A stretch of DNA of 64,000 nucleotides, from assembly GCA_025928345.1 (NCBI GenBank), contig JAICJR010000001.1, positions 727 through 64,726 of the forward strand. The letters are read 5' to 3'. The notes under the pieces are model-generated. The model was not told the origin of the DNA. It saw only the letters and a program-made list of their open reading frames with translations, and made no database searches. Within the stretch, counting starts at the first letter, position 1. Every line of letters begins with the position of its first letter. This DNA comes from Thermoleophilaceae bacterium. GTDB lineage: Bacteria; Actinomycetota; Thermoleophilia; Solirubrobacterales; Thermoleophilaceae. Positions 9,728 through 17,638 of this stretch are shown in pieces. The translations under genes and the position numbers were made by a program.

Positions 9728-11008
9728 TCAGATTCCTGCTGCCTGCGCCAGAAGGAAGAAGTTGAGCGCCACGATCAGCGCCGCCACGAGCGACGCCACG
9801 AGTGTGGTGAAGCGGGTGTTCACGAGCGCGCCCATCAGGCTCCTGCGGCTCGTGAAGATCACAAGCGGGATCAGGGCGAACGGGATGCCGAACGAGAGCA
9901 CCACCTGGCTGATCACGAGCGAGCCGGTGGGGTCGAACCCCACCCCGAGCACGATGAGCGCCGGGGTCATCGTCACGAGCCTGCGGACCGCAAGCGGGAT
10001 GCGCCGGTCGATGAAGCCCTGCATCACCACCTGGCCCGCGTAGGTGCCGACGCTCGAGCTCGCGAAGCCGGACGCCAGCAGCGCCAGCCCGAAGGCCACC
10101 GCGGTGCCGTTGCCGATCAGGTTCTCGAAGCCGTGGTAGGCGCCCTCGATCGAGTCCACGCCGGTGTGGCCGGTCTTGTGGAAGAGCGCCGCGGCCACCA
10201 TCAGCATGCAGACGTTCACCACGCCGGCCACCGTCATGGCGATCCCCACGTCGAGCCGCTGGAAGCGCATCAGCCGGCGGCGGTCGGCGTCGTTATGCAC
10301 CTTGATGCGATCCTGCGTTAGCGCCGAGTGGAGGTAGATCACGTGCGGCATCACGGTGGCGCCGAGGATGCCGACCGCGAGCAGCACGGAGTCCTTGCCC
10401 GCGAAATGCGGGACGAAGCCCTTCACCGCTTCGTGGGCGTTGGGCCCGACCTCGAACGCCTGGTAGAGGAAGCCGAGCAGCACGACCGCGAACAGCCCGC
10501 CGATCGCGAGCTCGAACTTGCGGTAGCCGCGCGTCTGCAGCGTGAGGATGCCGAACGCCACCGCGCCCGTCATGAGCCCGGCCACGAAAAGCGGCACGCC
10601 GAAGAGCAGGTTGAGGGCGACCGCCGCGCCTACGAACTCCGCCATGTCCGTGGCCATCGCGATCAGCTCGGCCTGCACCCAGAGCCCCCAGGTCACTCCC
10701 CTCGGGAACGTCTCGCGGCAGATCTCCGGCAGGTTCTTCCCGGTCGCGATTCCGACCTTCGCGGACAGCATCTGCACGAGCATCGCGGTGAGGTTCGCCG
10801 CGACCACAACCCAGAGCAGCAGGTAGCCGTAGCGGGCGCCGCCCTGGATGTTCGTGGCGAAGTTGCCCGGGTCGATGTACGCCACCGCGGCCACGAAGGC
10901 CGGCCCCAGCAGCGGCAGCGTGCCGCGGAAAAAACCGCGCTTGCGCAGCTCCTGCAGCGACGCCGGAGTGGGAAGCGCTACGGCGTCGGGAGAGAGCGGC
11001 TTGCTCAC
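9728..11008 (-). CDS. mntH: NRAMP-family divalent metal (Mn2+/Fe2+) transporter
   Basis: The 426-aa polytopic protein has YIDPGNFATNIQGGA near the N-terminus and ...ATVMPHVIYLHSAL..., both NRAMP signatures. Its GTG start forms a GTGA overlap with the stop of the DtxR-family gene. Confidence 0.92.
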   Translation of the reverse strand: MSKPLSPDAVALPTPASLQELRKRGFFRGTLPLLGPAFVAAVAYIDPGNFATNIQGGARYGYLLLWVVVAANLTAMLVQMLSAKVGIATGKNLPEICRETFPRGVTWGLWVQAELIAMATDMAEFVGAAVALNLLFGVPLFVAGLMTGAVAFGILTLQTRGYRKFELAIGGLFAVVLLGFLYQAFEVGPNAHEAVKGFVPHFAGKDSVLLAVGILGATVMPHVIYLHSALTQDRIKVHNDADRRRLMRFQRLDVGIAMTVAGVVNVCMLMVAAALFHKTGHTGVDSIEGAYHGFENLIGNGTAVAFGLALLASGFASSSVGTYAGQVVMQGFIDRRIPLAVRRLVTMTPALIVLGVGFDPTGSLVISQVVLSFGIPFALIPLVIFTSRRSLMGALVNTRFTTLVASLVAALIVALNFFLLAQAAGI

Positions 11009-11682
11009 TCGCCCTCCACCTCCGCGCGCATAGCGCGGGCCAGCGCCCCGCCGAGGACGTGCACGCGCTTGCCGAAGCGGGCGGACACCGGGCCCTCGAA
11101 CGGCTGCTTGTCGACGATCTCGAAGTCGTCGCCGGGGGCGATCCCGCGGTCGGCCAGGTAGCGGAGCATCTCGGGATCGGAGTCCGAGATGCGGACGAAG
11201 CGGCCACGCGCGCCCGGCTCGAGCGACTGCATGCTCCGCGTGTGGCCCTCCTCGATACGCAGCTCGCGCGTGGGGATCGGATCGCCGTGCGGGTCATGCG
11301 TCGGATCGCCGAGCTTGCGCGCAATGAGCTCCTCGAGCTCCTCGGAGAGCACGTGCTCGAGCACCTCGGCCTCGTCGTGCACGCGGTCCCACGGCACGTC
11401 GAGGTTCTCGGCCAGGTAGAGCTCGAGCAGCCGGTGGTGGCGGAGCACCTCGAGCGCGACACGCTGCCCCGCGGCTGTGAGCTGCACGCCCTTGTACGGC
11501 ACGTGCTGCACGAGGCCGAGCGCGCTCAGCTTCTTCGCCATGTTCGATGCCGACGCGGGCGTGACGCCCAGCCGCTCGGCGAGGGCGTTCGTGTTGACGG
11601 CGCTCCCGAGCCGCGTCTGCAGCGCGTAGATCGCCTTCGCGTAGTCCTCGACCGCTGCGGTAACGTGATCTTCAGTCGCCAT
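11005..11682 (-). CDS. DtxR/MntR/IdeR-family metal-dependent transcriptional repressor
   Basis: An N-terminal wHTH (EDYAKAIYAL..., ALAERLGVTPASASNMAKKL) is followed by a metal-binding and dimerisation region (LRHHRLLELYL..., HDEAEVLEHV). A C-terminal SH3/FeoA-like domain completes it. The gene is co-oriented with and coupled to mntH. Confidence 0.9.
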   Translation of the reverse strand: MATEDHVTAAVEDYAKAIYALQTRLGSAVNTNALAERLGVTPASASNMAKKLSALGLVQHVPYKGVQLTAAGQRVALEVLRHHRLLELYLAENLDVPWDRVHDEAEVLEHVLSEELEELIARKLGDPTHDPHGDPIPTRELRIEEGHTRSMQSLEPGARGRFVRISDSDPEMLRYLADRGIAPGDDFEIVDKQPFEGPVSARFGKRVHVLGGALARAMRAEVEGE

Positions 11683-11689
11683 GCATGAC

Positions 11690-11708
11690 AGATTATGCCA
11701 TGGCTAAA
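11690..11708 (-). promoter_or_regulatory. candidate -10 element and operator for the mntR-mntH operon
   Basis: This is an AT-richer patch. The minus strand reads TTAGCCATGGCATAATCTgtcatgcATG. It contains the 8-bp palindrome GCCATGGC and a TAATCT (TANNNT) hexamer 7 nt before the ATG, with no Shine-Dalgarno sequence. This suggests a leaderless transcript. Confidence 0.3.
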
Positions 11709-11733
11709 CCTGAAGTTTGAGGTAGCTGGACGA

Positions 11734-13065
11734 TTATCCGAGCTCGCGGCGCACCAGCTCCGCGAGCCGTTCTGCCACTGCACGGCATTCGCCGTCGTCC
11801 GGCGCCTCGACCATCACCCTGATCAGCGGCTCGGTTCCCGACGGGCGAACCAGCACGCGGCCGCGGCCCTCGAGCGCCGCGCTCTCCTGGTCCACCGCCT
11901 GGAGCACCGCGGGCGCATCGTCGAGCGACGCGCGGCCGGACACCTTCACGTTGATCAGGAGCTGCGGGAGCTTCGTCATCGCGTCGCGCTCCGCGAGGTC
12001 GCGCTCGCCAAGCGCCTCGAGCGCGAGCAGCGCCGACGCCGTGCCGTCGCCCGAGGGCGTGAAGCCCGTGTCGATGATGTGGCCGGACTGCTCGCCGCCG
12101 AGCGCCCAGCCGCGCCGCACGAGCTCCGCCATCACGTGGCGGTCGCCCACCGGCGTGGTGGCGACGTTGATTCCCGACGCTGCCATCGCGGTGTGGAATC
12201 CGTAATTGGTCATCACAGTCACGGCCACGCCGTCGCCCGGAAGCCGGCCGGCGGCGCGCAGATGGAGCGCGCTCAGCGCGATCAACTCGTCTCCGTCCAC
12301 CACGGTGCCGTTGCGGTCCACCGCGAGCACGCGATCGCCATCGCCGTCGAAGGCGAAGCCGACGTCGAAGCCGCCGGCGGGCACGGCCTCAGCCAGGCGC
12401 TCGATGTGCGTGGAGCCGCAGTCCTTGTTGATATTGCGCCCGTCGGGCTCCGTGGCGATGGTCTCCACACCCGCACCGAGTCGGCGGAAGATCTCGGGCG
12501 CCACGCGGTAGGTCGCGCCGTTCGCGCAGTCGAGCAGCACCCGCCGTCCGCTCAGGTCCAGCGCCCGGAAGCGCAGCTCGAGCTCGCGCAGGTAGTCGGC
12601 CCCCGCACCGTGCAGCTCGCGCACCCGGCCGGGCGCCGCGCGTGGCGGCTCGCCGGAAAGCACCGCCGCCTCCACCTCACGCTCGGCGTCGTCCGGCAGC
12701 TTCATCCCGTCCGAGCCGAAGAACTTGATCCCGTTGTCCTCGTACGGGTTGTGCGACGCCGAGACCACGCACGCAAGGTCGAGCTTGAAGCGCCGGACGA
12801 GAAGCGGCGCGCCAGGAGTGGGCAGCACGCCGGCGATCAGCGCGTGCCCGCCCGCCGCGGCGATCCCCGCCGCGAGCGCGGCCTCGAGCATCTCGCCGGA
12901 CTCGCGCGTATCGCGCACGATCAGCACCTGCGGCGCCTCCGAGGGAACCCATGCAGCCGCCGCGCGACCGAGCGCCAACGCGAGGTCGGCGGTGAGGAAG
13001 CTCCCCACGGCGCCGCGCACGCCGTCGGTGCCGAAGAGCCGGCGCTCGTCCGGAACCACGCTCAT
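11734..13065 (-). CDS. glmM: phosphoglucosamine mutase
   Basis: FGTDGVRG near the N-terminus, the active-site loop SASHNPYEDNGIKFF and the GDGDR metal-binding loop are all present. Confidence 0.95.
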   Translation of the reverse strand: MSVVPDERRLFGTDGVRGAVGSFLTADLALALGRAAAAWVPSEAPQVLIVRDTRESGEMLEAALAAGIAAAGGHALIAGVLPTPGAPLLVRRFKLDLACVVSASHNPYEDNGIKFFGSDGMKLPDDAEREVEAAVLSGEPPRAAPGRVRELHGAGADYLRELELRFRALDLSGRRVLLDCANGATYRVAPEIFRRLGAGVETIATEPDGRNINKDCGSTHIERLAEAVPAGGFDVGFAFDGDGDRVLAVDRNGTVVDGDELIALSALHLRAAGRLPGDGVAVTVMTNYGFHTAMAASGINVATTPVGDRHVMAELVRRGWALGGEQSGHIIDTGFTPSGDGTASALLALEALGERDLAERDAMTKLPQLLINVKVSGRASLDDAPAVLQAVDQESAALEGRGRVLVRPSGTEPLIRVMVEAPDDGECRAVAERLAELVRRELG

Positions 13066-13076
13066 CGCGCGTGAAC

Positions 13077-13982
13077 TTAACGCTTGGAGAACTGCGGGCG
13101 CTTGCGGGCCTTCTTGAGGCCGGCCTTCTTGCGCTCCTTCGCGCGCGCGTCACGCGTGAGGAAGCCGCGGCGCTTGAGCTCGCCGCGCAGGTTGGGATCG
13201 GCTTCCACGAGAGCGCGCGCAACACCGTGACGCAATGCGCCGGCCTGCGCGGACACGCCGCCGCCGTGGATGCGGGCGATCACGTCCATGCGCGCCTCGT
13301 AGCCCGCCGTCTCGAGCGGCGCGCGCACCGACTTCTGCAGCGTGGGCCGCGGGAAGAACTCCTCGAGCGCCCGGCCGTTCACGCGGTACTCGCCCGTGCC
13401 CGGCTTGATGATCACGCGCGCCACGGAGGTCTTGCGCTTGCCGGTGGCCTGGTAGCGGGCGTCGGCGGCCAGCTCCTTGATCTCACGCGGAGCAGGAGCC
13501 GGTTCCGGAGCCTCGGACTGCTCCTCCGCCTCTTCTACGGCATCCGAGTCCGCGTAGGCGCTGGCGGCGTAGCCGAACTCATCGTCCGGGGTCGCCGGCT
13601 GCTCTTCGGGAAGGATCGGCTCGAGGTGCTCGCCGGGGATCACCTCGCGCTTCGGCTCCTTCACGTCGCGCTCACCGCGCTCGGAGCGCTTTCCGCGCGG
13701 GCGGCCGGCCTCTTCGGCGGCCTCCTCGAGCGTGTCCGCAAGATCCTGACGATTCTCGCGCTCGACCTCGAGCGCGTTCGGCTCGAGCGTCTCGGCGGCT
13801 TCCTCGCTCAGCGCGTCGTCGACGCCCGGCGCGGGCTCGTCGCCGCCGCTGGCAGCGGGAGCCGGCACGTCGACCTGCGCGGCCTCCTCCTCGAAGCCCG
13901 CGGCCTCCTGAGGGGTCATCTCCTCGGGCTCTGGGGTCTCATCCCCGGCGCCCGGAGCGCCACCCTGCTCGTTCTCGATCAA
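13077..13982 (-). CDS. rpsI: 30S ribosomal protein S9 with a long acidic N-terminal extension
   Basis: The C-terminal 125 aa ([14 protein letters not shown]...[18 protein letters not shown]) are canonical S9. I start at TTG 13982, which is preceded by GGAGGTG plus 5 nt and overlaps the rplM stop. The alternative ATG at 13919 has GAGGAG abutting it with no spacer. Track ORF sequence upstream of 13982 overlaps rplM and is Arg-rich. Confidence 0.88.
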   Translation of the reverse strand: MIENEQGGAPGAGDETPEPEEMTPQEAAGFEEEAAQVDVPAPAASGGDEPAPGVDDALSEEAAETLEPNALEVERENRQDLADTLEEAAEEAGRPRGKRSERGERDVKEPKREVIPGEHLEPILPEEQPATPDDEFGYAASAYADSDAVEEAEEQSEAPEPAPAPREIKELAADARYQATGKRKTSVARVIIKPGTGEYRVNGRALEEFFPRPTLQKSVRAPLETAGYEARMDVIARIHGGGVSAQAGALRHGVARALVEADPNLRGELKRRGFLTRDARAKERKKAGLKKARKRPQFSKR

Positions 13983-14413
13983 GTCTGCACCTCCATCGGC
14001 TGCGGCTGCTGCGCCGCATGCGGATGATCCGGACCTGCGTACACCTTGAGCTTGCGCAGCTGCGCGCGGCCGAGCCGCGTGCGCGGGAGCATGCCCTTCA
14101 CCGCGAGGCGAATGATCTCCTCGGGGCGTCGCTCGAGCATCTCCTCGAACGTGCGCGAGCGCAGACCTCCGGGGTAACCCGAATGGCGGTAGTAGCGCTT
14201 GACCTCGCGCTTGCGCCCGGTCACGGTGATCTTCTCCGCGTTCACGACGATCACGAAGTCGCCGACGTCGCAGTGGGGCGTGTACTCCGGCTTGCGCTTT
14301 CCGCGCAGCGCGTCCGCGATCTGGGTGGCCAGGCGCCCGAGCGTCTTCCCGCTCGCGTCGACCACGAGCCAGTTGCGCTCGCGGGTTGCTGGTGTGGCTA
14401 CGTAGGTCTTCAT
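13979..14413 (-). CDS. rplM: 50S ribosomal protein L13
   Basis: [61 protein letters not shown]... is collinear with E. coli L13 ([30 protein letters not shown]...). Confidence 0.95.
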   Translation of the reverse strand: MKTYVATPATRERNWLVVDASGKTLGRLATQIADALRGKRKPEYTPHCDVGDFVIVVNAEKITVTGRKREVKRYYRHSGYPGGLRSRTFEEMLERRPEEIIRLAVKGMLPRTRLGRAQLRKLKVYAGPDHPHAAQQPQPMEVQT

Positions 14414-14415
14414 CG

Positions 14416-14441
14416 AAAAAAGAGTCCCGCCATGAAGCGGG
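14416..14441 (-). terminator. terminator/attenuator-like hairpin directly upstream of the rplM start
   Basis: The minus strand reads CCCGC-UUCAUG-GCGGG-ACUC-UUUUUU-CG-AUG(rplM). No Shine-Dalgarno sequence lies between the hairpin and the start codon. Confidence 0.3.
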
Positions 14442-14622
14442 CACAGAACACGGCCGCGGAGCTCGCGGCGGCAGTCGCACATGTTGACACACGCACGCGG
14501 GAAGCCGCCTGCGGTCCCGGCCTTGCACGGAGAGGGTAGCCGCCGCGCGCGGCAAATCCCGGAAGAAGCAAGTTTCGATCGCTACGAGCGGGCTGCTTCG
14601 CCATGACGACTGCAGGCGTGCC

Positions 14623-14628
14623 TATACT
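14623..14628 (+). promoter_or_regulatory. candidate -10 hexamer (TATACT) for the riboswitch-M23 transcript
   Basis: TATACT lies about 12-17 nt upstream of the inferred 5' end of the riboswitch. I found no convincing -35 element. Confidence 0.3.
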
Positions 14629-14635
14629 GCCGCCG

Positions 14636-14815
14636 GACTTAAAAGCCTGCCGAATCCCCACGGGGCGAACCGGGGGAACGGGGGAACACAACGAGCGCAC
14701 CGGCCGCCGACCAGCGACCGGAAGCTCACGGGGCGAATTGGAGCGCACTTCCGGTGCGGTCCGTAGCGCCGCTCTTTCGGCGCGAGCCCGTCAGCTAACC
14801 CCGTAGGCTCGAGAA
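14636..14815 (+). promoter_or_regulatory. c-di-AMP riboswitch (ydaO/yuaA class)
   Basis: Duplicated ACGGGG, GAAUY and CCG elements are present (GCCGAAUCCCCACGGGGCGAACCGGGGGAA and CUCACGGGGCGAAUUGGAGCG...). The 3' block GAGCCCGUCAGCUAACCCCGUAGGC closely resembles the conserved 3' block of the B. subtilis ydaO element as I recall it. GCCU (14645-8) and AGGC (14805-8) can close P1. The element lies upstream of a cell-wall hydrolase, the typical actinobacterial target. Confidence 0.8.
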
Positions 14816-14973
14816 AGAGAGGCGCTCTGCCGCTGCCGTTTTCGACAGCAGGAAGAATCGCTAAGGGGACAGCGCTAGCGTGCGCCGCGGGCGCGCTGTG
14901 CGCACCGTCCGCGCTCGCCGGCAACGGCGGGGCGAGCTACACACCCACCCCGAAGGTCACGCGAATCGTCTGC

Positions 14974-16041
14974 GTGCACTCCTGCGCGAGCCGCGGACGG
15001 GCTCGTGACGGCGGCAGGCTCAGGCTGGTTGGAACGGGCCTCTCCGGCGTGACGAAGGTGACGTTCCTCGGGGCACGCGGGAAGGCCGACGACGCCTCGG
15101 TGAATGTTCATCCGTCGAGCGATCGCAGGATCAACGTGAAGGTGCCGTTCGACGCGATGAGCGGCCGGCTCTCCCTGACGGCGCCCGGCACAGTGACCAC
15201 CAGCGCCACCACCGAGCCGCTTGGGATCCTTCCCCCACCGCCGCCTCCGCCGACCACCGGAAAGCTCACGCCGGTGCCGGGCCCGAGCCAGCCCGGCGCG
15301 CCCAAGCTCGAGACGGCCACGAGCAAGAACGTCGCGTTCGCGGGGTCGAGCAACGGAGTGACGTTCTCCTACCGCATCACCGCGCCGGCCCCCGTGCCCG
15401 TGCAGGTGGATCTCCTTCGGGAGACAGACGGCACGGTGGTGCAGACGTGGCAGGTTCCCTCCGTCCAGCCGGACGTGGTGAACAAGATCACCTGGAGAGG
15501 CGTGAGCGCCGGACAGCTCCAGCCCGATGGCCGCTACGCGTGGCGGCTCACCGCCACCGGCGCAAGCGGTGCGACCGCTAAGAGCGCGCAGGCGCCGGAC
15601 TCGAGCCGCGACTCATTCGACCTCCACGACCACATCTTCCCCGTCCGCGGGCGGCATACCTTCGGCGACGGCTTCGGTGTGCAGCGGAGCGGCCACACCC
15701 ACCAGGGGCAGGACATCCTGGCGCACTGTGGGCTCAGGATCGCGGCCGCCGAGGCGGGCACCGTTGAGGACAACAAGTTCCAGTCGGCGGCCGGCTACTA
15801 CCTGGTCGTCCACGGCTCGGAGACGGGCATCGACTACGCCTACATGCACATGCGGGCGCCATCGCCATTCGAGGCGGGCGATCAGGTGACGACGGGCGAG
15901 ACGCTCGGCAACGTCGGCGATACGGGCGATGCCACGGCATGTCACCTGCACTTCGAGATGTGGAGCGCGCCCGGCTGGTACAAGGGCGGCTCTCCGTTCG
16001 ACCCGCTGCCGTCGCTCCAGCAGTGGGACGCCTACTCGTAG
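14974..16041 (+). CDS. secreted M23 (LytM-type) peptidoglycan endopeptidase
   Basis: The C-terminal domain has HTHQGQDILA (HxxxD) and GDTGDATACHLHFEMW (HxH). A Pro-rich linker (PPPPPPPTTG) and Ig-like repeats lie upstream. The start is given as the track GTG, but the in-frame upstream sequence encodes a signal peptide (see findings). The true start is probably near 14827-14833. Confidence 0.85.
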   Translation: MHSCASRGRARDGGRLRLVGTGLSGVTKVTFLGARGKADDASVNVHPSSDRRINVKVPFDAMSGRLSLTAPGTVTTSATTEPLGILPPPPPPPTTGKLTPVPGPSQPGAPKLETATSKNVAFAGSSNGVTFSYRITAPAPVPVQVDLLRETDGTVVQTWQVPSVQPDVVNKITWRGVSAGQLQPDGRYAWRLTATGASGATAKSAQAPDSSRDSFDLHDHIFPVRGRHTFGDGFGVQRSGHTHQGQDILAHCGLRIAAAEAGTVEDNKFQSAAGYYLVVHGSETGIDYAYMHMRAPSPFEAGDQVTTGETLGNVGDTGDATACHLHFEMWSAPGWYKGGSPFDPLPSLQQWDAYS

Positions 16042-16066
16042 GGCGTTCGGCGTAGGGCGTCCGGCG

Positions 16067-16354
16067 CTAGACCGGCGAGACGGGTGGATTGCGGCGCTGC
16101 CGCCGCCGCTCGTACGGCTCCCACAGTGCGAGCAGCAGGAACGAAGTGCCGACCGCGATGAGGAAGCTGCCGAGGTCGAAGTGGTCGTGGTCGGCGATGT
16201 GCAGAACGTCGGTGGCGATGAAGCCGCCGATCAGCGAACCCGCGACGCCGAGGATCATCGTCCAGAGAACCCCGATCGGCTGACGCCCCCTGCGCAGCAG
16301 ACGCGCGATCGCGCCTACGAACAGTCCCCACAGAGCCCAGGACAGGATGGCCAT
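16067..16354 (-). CDS. GlsB/YeaQ/YmgE-family stress-response membrane protein (transglycosylase-associated)
   Basis: The 95-aa product MAILSWALWGLFVGAIARLL...ILGVAGSLIGGFIA... has three hydrophobic helices with the Gly-zipper pattern typical of this family. Confidence 0.8.
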   Translation of the reverse strand: MAILSWALWGLFVGAIARLLRRGRQPIGVLWTMILGVAGSLIGGFIATDVLHIADHDHFDLGSFLIAVGTSFLLLALWEPYERRRQRRNPPVSPV

Positions 16355-16403
16355 GGCCGAAGAGTAGTCCGCTGACGGACCGCCACAGCCTTATGCTGCC
16401 GCG

Positions 16404-17180
16404 ATGGCTTCCGGCCGGCTCGAGGGACGACGCGTGCTCGTGGTGGGTGCTGGAAGCCGGCCGAGCCCGGACCCCGACCCGCCCGTGGGGAACGGCCGCG
16501 CGATCTCCGTCGCCGCCGCGCTCGAGGGCGCTGCGGTGGCCTGCGCTGACGTGGACGAGGCGTCCGCTGCCGAGACGGCCGCGTGGGCGGAGCGCGAGGG
16601 CGGGCGCGCGGAGGTGCTGGTGGGCGACATCGCGGACGAAGGCGTGTGTGAGCGCCTCGTCGGCGAGACGGTGGAGCGGCTCGGCGGGCTCGACGGCGTC
16701 GTGCTGAACGCCGGCATCGGGGCCGGCCTGGGGTTGTCCGGCACGAGCGCAGAGGACTGGGATCACGTCCTGTCCGTGAACCTGCGCGCCCACTTCCTCA
16801 TCAGCAAGGCTGCGCTGCCCGTGCTGTCCGACGGCGGATCGATCGTCTACATCGGGTCGGTGGCAGGCCTCAAGCCCGGAACGGGCATCCCGTCCTACGA
16901 CACGTCCAAGGCGGCGCTTGCGGGACTGAGCCGCCACGTGGCGCTCGAGGGAGCGAAGCGCGGCGTACGAGCCAACGTTGTGGCGCCCGGCCTGATCGAC
17001 ACGGTGCTCGGCCGGCTGGCCTCACGGGCGCGGCCCGGCCGCGAGCGGGTCCCGATCCCGATGGGCCGCCAGGGCACGGCCTGGGAGGTGGCGGCGGTGG
17101 TGGTGTTCCTCTTGTCTGACGAGGCGAGCTACATGACCGGCCAGGTGATCGCCGTGGACGGCGGTCTCACGATGGTCTAG
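16404..17180 (+). CDS. short-chain dehydrogenase/reductase (SDR) family oxidoreductase
   Basis: The Rossmann start VLVVGAGS...GNGRAI, the NAG motif (VLNAGIG), the catalytic YDTSKAAL (YxxxK) and the C-terminal end ...GQVIAVDGGLTMV are all present. Confidence 0.9.
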   Translation: MASGRLEGRRVLVVGAGSRPSPDPDPPVGNGRAISVAAALEGAAVACADVDEASAAETAAWAEREGGRAEVLVGDIADEGVCERLVGETVERLGGLDGVVLNAGIGAGLGLSGTSAEDWDHVLSVNLRAHFLISKAALPVLSDGGSIVYIGSVAGLKPGTGIPSYDTSKAALAGLSRHVALEGAKRGVRANVVAPGLIDTVLGRLASRARPGRERVPIPMGRQGTAWEVAAVVVFLLSDEASYMTGQVIAVDGGLTMV

Positions 17181-17518
17181 GCGCGCTGAGCCGCGCGAAC
17201 CGCGCTCGCCTGCGCGCAGTCCATCCACATCTCCCAGCGCCCGGACGCCGACTGGCGCGTGTGCTGGAAGCGGTACGGACGGCGGCCAGCGAACTCCGTG
17301 TGCCGCAGGTGCGAAACGCCGCCGAGCACCGACGCGATCCGGCGATGCGGCCATCCGATCGCATCCTCGATCTCCGGGAAGGGCCGCGGGCGGTCGGGCG
17401 CCTCGGCGAGTCCGTCGAGGAGCTCGCGCATCAGGTCGCTGCAGCGGTCGTAGAAGCGCGCGATCTCGTCCGGATCGCAGAGTGCGTTCTCAGCGAGGCA
17501 TTCGACGAGGACCTGCAT
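17177..17518 (-). CDS. hypothetical protein
   Basis: The 113-aa ORF has normal composition (MQVLVECLAENALCDPDEIARFYDRCSDLMRELLDGL...GWPHRRIASVLGGVSHLRHTEF...). I recognise no family. Its stop overlaps the SDR stop in a CTAG tetranucleotide. Confidence 0.5.
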   Translation of the reverse strand: MQVLVECLAENALCDPDEIARFYDRCSDLMRELLDGLAEAPDRPRPFPEIEDAIGWPHRRIASVLGGVSHLRHTEFAGRRPYRFQHTRQSASGRWEMWMDCAQASAVRAAQRA

Positions 17519-17638
17519 GCCGCGATTGAACCACGCGCGCGGCTACGCTTACGGGGACGGCCGCCGATCGCGGCCGCCCGGACGAGAGCTCGCGCCGTAC
17601 CCGGCCTGACGACGGCGTGAACACGGAGGCAATCCCAG

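Noticed and set aside
6825-10043. 1072-aa plus-strand ORF. Similar giants are 35737..39183(+), 18418..20766(+), 40811..42895(+), 59765..62182(-), 1990..3624(+) and 52695..54194(-).
   Set aside because: These are Arg/Ala/Gly/His-rich products with no recognisable motifs. Each lies antisense to or out of frame with genes carrying unmistakable conserved signatures (glmS, GGDEF-EAL, guaA/guaB3, CocE, hyuB/vWA, corA, STAND/GT4). They are typical high-GC shadow ORFs.
13917-13919. ATG 13919 as the start of rpsI (shorter extension)
   Set aside because: The GAGGAG directly abuts the ATG with no spacer. TTG 13982 has GGAGGTG plus 5 nt and the usual overlap with the rplM stop. Either start still leaves an extension of more than 150 aa, so the main observation is unaffected.
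16039-16066. Tandem 14-mer TAGGGCGTTCGGCG / TAGGGCGTCCGGCG between the convergent M23 and GlsB-family genes
   Set aside because: There are only two copies with one mismatch, no hairpin potential of note and no other copies in the window. It is probably a local duplication of the stop-codon region with no demonstrable function.
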